From the IMG/VR virus record IMGVR_UViG_3300045988_122766: 40,283 bases of DNA; one strand, given 5' to 3'. Origin of the DNA: a virus. The position numbers were made by a program, and so were the translations under genes. The notes beneath the pieces were generated by a model. It saw only the letters and a program-made list of their open reading frames with translations, searched no databases and was not told the DNA's origin. Below, one piece after another: positions 34,911 through 40,283 of the stretch (its first letter is position 1; each line of letters starts with the position of its first letter).

Positions 34911-35779
34911 CAGTAAGTAAAGATGAAAAACTATACTACAATTGGGACGGTGACGGCTCAACTACTCAATTTGATTTTGACTTTTCTATTGATAATGAAA
35001 GTCAATTGGTAGTTATGCATACAGATAATTTAGGTCTGCAAACTACACTTGAATTAAACAAAGATTACACTATTGACGAGGTTGGTAATGATAATGGTTC
35101 TTTTATCACATTCCCTATTGAAGGAAGTTCTTACGGCGTAGCAACTGATGAAGAAATAATTTCTATTGTTTTAGAACTACCAATCGAACAAACTATGCCT
35201 TATGAAGAAAGTGACAAACTAATAAAAAAAAGGCTTGAAAGAAACTTCGATTATATAACAAAACTTCTGAAGATAATGAATAGAAAAATTGAAAGAAGTA
35301 TTAAAGTGGCAGAAGGTTCAAAATTACTGCCTGATGATTTATTTAAGAACATAGCTGAAGCTAAAAAACAAGCGGAACAATATGCCAAAAAGGCTTGTGA
35401 ACAAGTAGAGGGTGCTACGGAATTACTTAATTCTGTAACCGCTATTACTGACACACTAACAGAACAATTTACAAGTTTGTCTGAACAGCAACAACAAATT
35501 ACAGAATTAACAGCTAACGCTCTTGAAACTATTAATGCTGAAATGGAAAAAGTTAAACAAGGGGCAGAATATATAAAGAACAGTCATACGGATTCTCAAC
35601 TTGTTAAATTTAAAGTTGTTACAGATATGACACCAGCTGAATACAAAGAACTTAAAAAGGCAGGACAGCTAAACGCAGAATCAATGTATTTTGTGTATGA
35701 AAATGACGACACTCCAAAATACACAGTTGAAGCAACGACAGGAGAAACAGGTGGAACAACAGAAAGCGAAGGTGCATAA
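34907..35779 (+). CDS. Tail fibre protein, N-terminal (tail-attachment) part, T7 gp17-like
   Basis: 290 aa. The N-terminus KLYYNWDGDGSTTQFDFDFSIDNESQLVVMHT resembles the T7 gp17 N-terminal domain (TVLTYQLDGSNRDFNIPFEY...KFVVVTL). A coiled-coil follows. Confidence 0.55.
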   Translation: MTVSKDEKLYYNWDGDGSTTQFDFDFSIDNESQLVVMHTDNLGLQTTLELNKDYTIDEVGNDNGSFITFPIEGSSYGVATDEEIISIVLELPIEQTMPYEESDKLIKKRLERNFDYITKLLKIMNRKIERSIKVAEGSKLLPDDLFKNIAEAKKQAEQYAKKACEQVEGATELLNSVTAITDTLTEQFTSLSEQQQQITELTANALETINAEMEKVKQGAEYIKNSHTDSQLVKFKVVTDMTPAEYKELKKAGQLNAESMYFVYENDDTPKYTVEATTGETGGTTESEGA

Positions 35780-38439
35780 TGGCGGTATATTTAGGCGATA
35801 AAATAATTTATTCTGGTGGTGGTTCTGGCGGTTTGACCGTTGATTTACCAGCTGATATAACACAAGGTTATGAAACTGTTACTAACAATCCTGCAAGACC
35901 TTTATATAGTGATTGGGGTACATTACAAGGTGAAGTAGATTCTTGTATAAATCAATACAGTAGTGAAAACTTTTTCGTAAATATCTTGCAAGCCTTAAAC
36001 TTATGGCAACAAGATATGAACTTTGCTTCTGCGTATGGTTTTATTGTTGCAAACGATTGCGATAGTATCACTTTCTCTATTGGTGACTATTACGTTACAT
36101 CAACAGGTGTAGGTGGTGCAAAAAGAACAGTAAACGAAGACGGTACAATTTCTGTAAAAACAGAAGCTACACTTACTAATGTTAAGGCAGGTACACGTAT
36201 CATCACAGCCTATCAAGACATTGAGCAATTTGATATTAAAACATTAAAATTTCCCACAAACGTAAGCTACTATTATTTTAACTGCAACCTTGTTTATAAT
36301 GAAAATATGTTTACTTATGGTAGTTTTATCTCTAGTTATAGTGACCTTAGAGGTTTTGAAATTGCTGAAGGTAAGAATATTATATTTGACAGCTCGACAG
36401 ATTACAGTACCAAAACATTTACTATCTTTACAAACTTCCCACGATTAGAGTCACTACCTAAGAAATTAGACCTTTCGGGATTTACAGGAACAATAAATTT
36501 TGCTAATGATTGTCATATCTTAAAGCAATTGCCAGAAGTTTTAAACATTCCAAATATTTGCGGAATTGACGGATTTTTAAAGAATTCGGGTTGTCCAGAA
36601 AATTTCCCTTACACACTAAATCTTAGCGGTCTAACTAAGTGTAATGATATCCTATATAACACAAAAGGTATAAAAAGGCTTACACACCCGATTACAATTA
36701 GTGCTAATTGTAACATTGTTAATTTACTAAGAAATACTGTTGGTATTGATACAATTGAAAAAATTTCTTTAACTTTAAACAATACGGTCAATGGTTCAAA
36801 CACTACTAACTACACTTTAAATAACTGTCTTGACTCTTTGCAGGCGCAAGAGATAAAAGAATTAGCAATTAAAAGTAATGTAACAACGTCAACATTTGAA
36901 GGTTTAAAAGACGGTTATATCATCTGTCAAAAAATTGGAACATTTACTGCTGAAGCTGAACATTTAGGTTCTTGCTTAACACGTTTACCTCGTTGTTTAA
37001 AAATCGACAAAGTTATTTTGAACACAAAAAATTCAACAAGTACCCAATATGTCGCTTTACCTTCTGTTGAGTTTGGTGATATTGGCGAGGTTGAAATCAC
37101 ATCAGAAGGTGATTTATATTTCACTCTTGGTAAAATTGGTAACGCAACAGCAAAATATAACAACATTGACAGTATCACATTAACCGCAAGTGGCGATATT
37201 GTTTCTAATGATAAAATTAATCAGATTACCACTCTAAAAAGCCTTACTGCAACAACAACTAACGGTAAATGCGATTTGAACTATGGCGCAAAAAATGTTA
37301 GCAATATGACAATTAACGCAACAGGCGATTGTAATATCGGCACAAATACAATGACATTCGGGAATGTTAGCGTGACGACTTCTGGCAAAGTTGGCGGTGG
37401 TGGTAGCGCCTACAAATGCGGTAATGTCAATATCTCTTGTGGTTCTGTCGACGGATTGCTTTCAAGCGGTACTCTTGTTTCTGTTGGCGATATTTCTATT
37501 ACAAGCACAGGCGATATTAAAGCTGTATTAAAAAATACTGGACAATTAATTAAAGCAGGTACAATTACGGTTACATCTGGCACATTAATTAATGAACTTA
37601 TTTCTGCTAGCAAAGTTTTTGAAATGGGTGAGGTTATTCTTACTGCGCCAAGTGTAGTAAGTTCTCTATACAATCTTAGAGGTTTGCAAAGTTTAAAAGT
37701 TACAATTAATGCAAACACCAAAATATCTAGTGTTTTATATATTGCTGAAAAAGTTTTGTTTATGGAAGATTTAGATATTACCGCAACTGCGTTAAGCCTT
37801 GCTGAAAATGGTAACATTGGTTTTAATTGTTCCGCTAAAAACTTGAATATTAATTTGCACGTTGAGTCAACAGCATGTAAAATAGATGTCTTTGACGGCG
37901 ATTTGACAACAATGTTAAATGTTACAGGGCAAATTAAAATTAAGGCTAAAGGTGATTGTAAGATATTTACAGGCACTCAGAGACTTGAAAACTTTAACTG
38001 CGATTTAGATATAGATATCGTTGGACAACTTGGTTTATTTTATGGCACTTCAAACAGTCCAGAACTAAATAAATTAAAAACATTAAATCTTGGAAATAAA
38101 ATCAAAGCAACAGGCGGTTTGAGAATTGGAAACCCTTATTCAATCGTAACGCTTAATGGTGATTTTTCTAACTTAACAGCAAATGACCAATATAATACAT
38201 TTTTCGACAAAATGTACAATCTTGTTAATGCAAATGTTATTCTATCTTCAACCGCAAGCATAGATTGCTTCAAAGACTCAACACTATTAAGTCTTGCAAG
38301 TTTAAATTATATAGCAAATAATGCCCCAACCTTAACGACATCAAAGGCTATTGCATTTTCTAAGGCAGTATATGACCAAAATGCGGATTGGTACAGCACA
38401 CTTGTATCAAAAGGTTGGACAGTAAATAAAACAAATTAG
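35779..38439 (+). CDS. Tail fibre/spike distal receptor-binding protein with beta-helix-like repeats
   Basis: 886 aa. Its start overlaps the stop of the fibre N-terminal gene. Recurring [ST]x[GS]GD[ILC] motifs (TSEGDLYF, TASGDIVS, NATGDCNIG, TSTGDIKA, KAKGDCKIF), and Gly-rich and Asn/Thr-rich content. Confidence 0.5.
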   Translation: MAVYLGDKIIYSGGGSGGLTVDLPADITQGYETVTNNPARPLYSDWGTLQGEVDSCINQYSSENFFVNILQALNLWQQDMNFASAYGFIVANDCDSITFSIGDYYVTSTGVGGAKRTVNEDGTISVKTEATLTNVKAGTRIITAYQDIEQFDIKTLKFPTNVSYYYFNCNLVYNENMFTYGSFISSYSDLRGFEIAEGKNIIFDSSTDYSTKTFTIFTNFPRLESLPKKLDLSGFTGTINFANDCHILKQLPEVLNIPNICGIDGFLKNSGCPENFPYTLNLSGLTKCNDILYNTKGIKRLTHPITISANCNIVNLLRNTVGIDTIEKISLTLNNTVNGSNTTNYTLNNCLDSLQAQEIKELAIKSNVTTSTFEGLKDGYIICQKIGTFTAEAEHLGSCLTRLPRCLKIDKVILNTKNSTSTQYVALPSVEFGDIGEVEITSEGDLYFTLGKIGNATAKYNNIDSITLTASGDIVSNDKINQITTLKSLTATTTNGKCDLNYGAKNVSNMTINATGDCNIGTNTMTFGNVSVTTSGKVGGGGSAYKCGNVNISCGSVDGLLSSGTLVSVGDISITSTGDIKAVLKNTGQLIKAGTITVTSGTLINELISASKVFEMGEVILTAPSVVSSLYNLRGLQSLKVTINANTKISSVLYIAEKVLFMEDLDITATALSLAENGNIGFNCSAKNLNINLHVESTACKIDVFDGDLTTMLNVTGQIKIKAKGDCKIFTGTQRLENFNCDLDIDIVGQLGLFYGTSNSPELNKLKTLNLGNKIKATGGLRIGNPYSIVTLNGDFSNLTANDQYNTFFDKMYNLVNANVILSSTASIDCFKDSTLLSLASLNYIANNAPTLTTSKAIAFSKAVYDQNADWYSTLVSKGWTVNKTN

Positions 38440-38450
38440 AAAGGAAAACA

Positions 38451-38711
38451 ATGAAAAAGATTTTACCCTTATTAGCATTGTGCATTTTTTGCACGTTGCC
38501 GACACTAGCAGACGAATTAAAAGAGGTTGAGCCTGCAAATGAGATAATTAATGCTCAAGACAATAAAATTGTCGTAGTGGTTCAGAAACAACCTCTAAAT
38601 GAACGCTCTAATCAAAAGGTCATTATCAAGCGAAATTGGTTAGGTGTTTATATTCAAATTAATGGAAAAGTTAAAGTGAATCCGCTAACTAGCACTTACG
38701 AGGTACAATAG
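38451..38711 (+). CDS. Small secreted protein (signal peptide)
   Basis: 86 aa. MKKILPLLALCIFCTLPTLA-DE is a type-I signal peptide. It does not have a convincing lipobox. Confidence 0.45.
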   Translation: MKKILPLLALCIFCTLPTLADELKEVEPANEIINAQDNKIVVVVQKQPLNERSNQKVIIKRNWLGVYIQINGKVKVNPLTSTYEVQ

Positions 38712-39224
38712 ATGTTACAAGTTCCTGAAGTTGCCCCTAGTATGTTACAAATTTATGGCGAAAAAAAACTTGTCATAACTTTTGATTGCAAAAATCCTGA
38801 CGAATATCTTGCTGATGTTTCGCTTATTGGATTATCAAAAGCCGAGAAAAAGTTAGCAAAGAAAAAGCCTTTTGTTGTTACAAAAGGCTTTAAGGTACTT
38901 ATCGACTTCGAAGACGATCATTATTTTTTTGTTATTCCCAATGGGTATCGTTGGAATGGTGCGAATGTTCCGCCATTCGCTTGGGTTCTAATCGGACAAA
39001 GAACTGACCCAAGATTTAAGCTCGCTAGTTGTGTTCATGATTATATGTGCGAACACCACAAAGTTATAGGCTACAATCGTTATTTATCTACGCTTGTTTT
39101 TGTTACTTGTTGTCAACATTTTGGCGACTTCCCTGCGTGGAAATTATTTGCAATGAAACATAGTATTGACAATTATCAAAAGGTATTTGGTAAAGATGAG
39201 GAAGGTAAAAGGTGGAAAGTATGA
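38712..39224 (+). CDS. Hypothetical protein in the lysis module (possibly DUF1353-like)
   Basis: 170 aa with a conserved-looking GYRWNGANVP...HDYMC segment. Confidence 0.35.
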   Translation: MLQVPEVAPSMLQIYGEKKLVITFDCKNPDEYLADVSLIGLSKAEKKLAKKKPFVVTKGFKVLIDFEDDHYFFVIPNGYRWNGANVPPFAWVLIGQRTDPRFKLASCVHDYMCEHHKVIGYNRYLSTLVFVTCCQHFGDFPAWKLFAMKHSIDNYQKVFGKDEEGKRWKV

Positions 39225-39496
39225 ACATTGAACAAGCTACGCTAGTGGCTATTGTTGCTTTAATTATAACTGTCGCAGGGCAATTGTTGTATATCGCTTA
39301 TATGTTTGGGCGCTTTGCAACAAAACTAGAGAATTTAGAAAAGCGACAAGAGAAGCATAATAACGTAATTGAACGACAATTTAAAACTGAAAGCGACGTA
39401 AACACTTTATTTGAAAAAGTAAAAGTGAGCAATCATAGATTACAAGATTTGGAAAATGCAGTTATGGGTAGCCATAATAATAATGAGAGGTGGTAA
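39212..39496 (+). CDS. Holin or i-spanin-like membrane protein
   Basis: 94 aa. Single N-terminal TM (ATLVAIVALIITVAGQLLYIAYMFG) followed by a coiled-coil. Confidence 0.4.
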   Translation: MESMNIEQATLVAIVALIITVAGQLLYIAYMFGRFATKLENLEKRQEKHNNVIERQFKTESDVNTLFEKVKVSNHRLQDLENAVMGSHNNNERW

Positions 39497-39498
39497 AT

Positions 39499-39981
39499 AT
39501 GGCAAAAGTTAAGTACATTATAGGACATTGGACAGGTGCAAGCTCATACAACGTGAGCGAATACATCAAGAATTGTTATCAACTAATTATCACGAGAAAT
39601 GGCGACGCAATAAAAGGTTATAAAGGTGTTGGCGAAACTGCAAGCACCGCAGGTATGAATTCTATTACTTATAATATTTCTTGCGCGGGTGATAATTTGA
39701 GCGCACCGCTAACAAGAAAACAATGTGAACGATTTTTCTACGAGTGCGCATTTATGCTTAAACATTATAATTTAACAGTTGATAAGTTTTATACGCACGC
39801 TGAAATAGGTAATATGTATAAGAATGGTACAATTACAAAATTATTGCCAATGAATAAATGGTTAAAGGATAATGAAGGCAAAATCGACTTAACAAAATTG
39901 CCGTATGACTTTAAAGGTAAATCTCATGGTGATTTTATCCGTTCAAAAATTAAATGGTATTATAACGAACTGTTTAAATAG
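39499..39981 (+). CDS. Endolysin, N-acetylmuramoyl-L-alanine amidase (T7 lysozyme-like, Amidase_2)
   Basis: Start at ATG 39499, after the GAGAGGTGG ribosome-binding site. IIGHWTGAS, YQLIITRNGDAIKGYKG and ITYNISCAGDN parallel T7 lysozyme HCSAT, YHFIIKRDGTVEAG and SIGVCLVGGID. Confidence 0.6.
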   Translation: MAKVKYIIGHWTGASSYNVSEYIKNCYQLIITRNGDAIKGYKGVGETASTAGMNSITYNISCAGDNLSAPLTRKQCERFFYECAFMLKHYNLTVDKFYTHAEIGNMYKNGTITKLLPMNKWLKDNEGKIDLTKLPYDFKGKSHGDFIRSKIKWYYNELFK

Positions 39982-40007
39982 TATCGTTTGATTATCGAAC
40001 GATAAAC
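39979..40007. repeat. Phased repeat cluster (TAGTATC) GATTATC-N4-GATAAAC after the last late gene
   Basis: TAGTATCGTTTGATTATCGAACGATAAACAAA. TTATCGAACGATAA is nearly palindromic. Confidence 0.8.
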
Positions 40008-40040
40008 AAATATTTTAAAATGGGTTGTCATTTTTTCTTT

Positions 40041-40070
40041 GCTCGCTAAGAAATTAGTGAGCTTTTTTTT
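40041..40070 (+). terminator. Rho-independent terminator ending the late operon
   Basis: GCTCGCTA-AGAAAT-TAGTGAGC (8-bp stem with one G.U pair) followed by TTTTTTTT. Confidence 0.8.
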
Positions 40071-40145
40071 ATGCAGATAAAAGAAAATAAAAGAGATTAA
40101 AAGAAATTAAAACCGACTTGAATTTTATTTCATTTTTTATAACAC

Positions 40146-40167
40146 AGTGCGGTAAAAGTGCGGTAAG
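40146..40167. repeat. Tandem 11-bp direct repeat AGTGCGGTAAA/AGTGCGGTAAG (candidate arm-type sites, P arm)
   Basis: Same 11-mer pair as at 185..206, in the same orientation, about 65 bp inside the right-hand core repeat. Confidence 0.6.
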
Positions 40168-40229
40168 AACTTTTAATATTTATTAGCAGGCGAACAACAT
40201 AAAAATAGCCAAAATATAGATTTTGCATA

Positions 40230-40283
40230 ATAAAAAGTTCGTCAAGATTGTTGACGAACATTAAATAAACACGAGGATATTAA
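40230..40283. repeat. Right copy of 54-bp terminal direct repeat (putative attR core)
   Basis: Exact match to 1..54. The window ends exactly at the end of the repeat. Confidence 0.85.

Noticed and set aside
1-40283. 54-bp terminal repeat as a pure assembly artefact of a circular contig
   Set aside because: This remains possible. It is disfavoured because the repeat sits exactly where attP/attL would be expected. That is next to int, flanked symmetrically by tandem arm-type 11-mers, and containing a terminator hairpin typical of attB sites. An arbitrary k-mer overlap would rarely land there.
1-40283. Diversity-generating retroelement, retron or other RT-based system targeting the fibre gene
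   Set aside because: No reverse-transcriptase-like ORF (no YxDD-containing protein) and no template-repeat/variable-repeat pair near the fibre genes were seen.

Overview
The window is a complete temperate phage of about 40.2 kb, delimited exactly by a 54-bp perfect direct repeat (1..54 = 40230..40283). It is most likely an integrated prophage with attL and attR; a circularly permuted phage contig is the alternative. It is AT-rich, with a recurring AGAAAGGAAA-type ribosome-binding site. Left arm: a tyrosine integrase (+ strand) followed by a leftward early block (Xis-like HTH, YopX-like, stand-alone LuxR-type HTH, compact orphan C5-cytosine methyltransferase, coiled-coil proteins, zinc-ribbon proteins, a replisome-organizer-like protein). 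A divergent switch region (about 9.59-10.31 kb) holds two XRE-family HTH regulators. A three-gene cassette of small membrane or secreted proteins follows, with its own terminator. Then comes a roughly 1.5-kb largely non-coding region containing a near-consensus sigma70 promoter, tandem repeats and several perfect hairpins. The rightward late operon has podovirus (T7-like tail) architecture: small and large terminase, portal, scaffold, major capsid, tail tubular proteins A and B, three internal virion (ejection) proteins, a split T7-like tail fibre, and a lysis cassette with a T7-lysozyme-like amidase. There is no tape-measure gene. One of the internal virion proteins ends in an M15 (LAS) zinc peptidase. 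Another is a 3024-aa giant, which is the most interesting item. It carries a glycine-zipper segment, a minimal-nucleotidyltransferase motif, two diphtheria-toxin/exotoxin-A-like ADP-ribosyltransferase signatures (YHG[ST], W-G-x-Y-F, Y-x10-Y), and an HExxH zincin motif. This fits a virion-delivered polyvalent effector. Other findings: 11-bp-phased GATWAWC repeat clusters at seven module boundaries; a (TTTTC)5 simple-sequence repeat abutting the methyltransferase start; and att arms made of tandem AGTGCGGTAAA 11-mers. All functional calls rest on motifs and gene order read by eye. No database searches were run.
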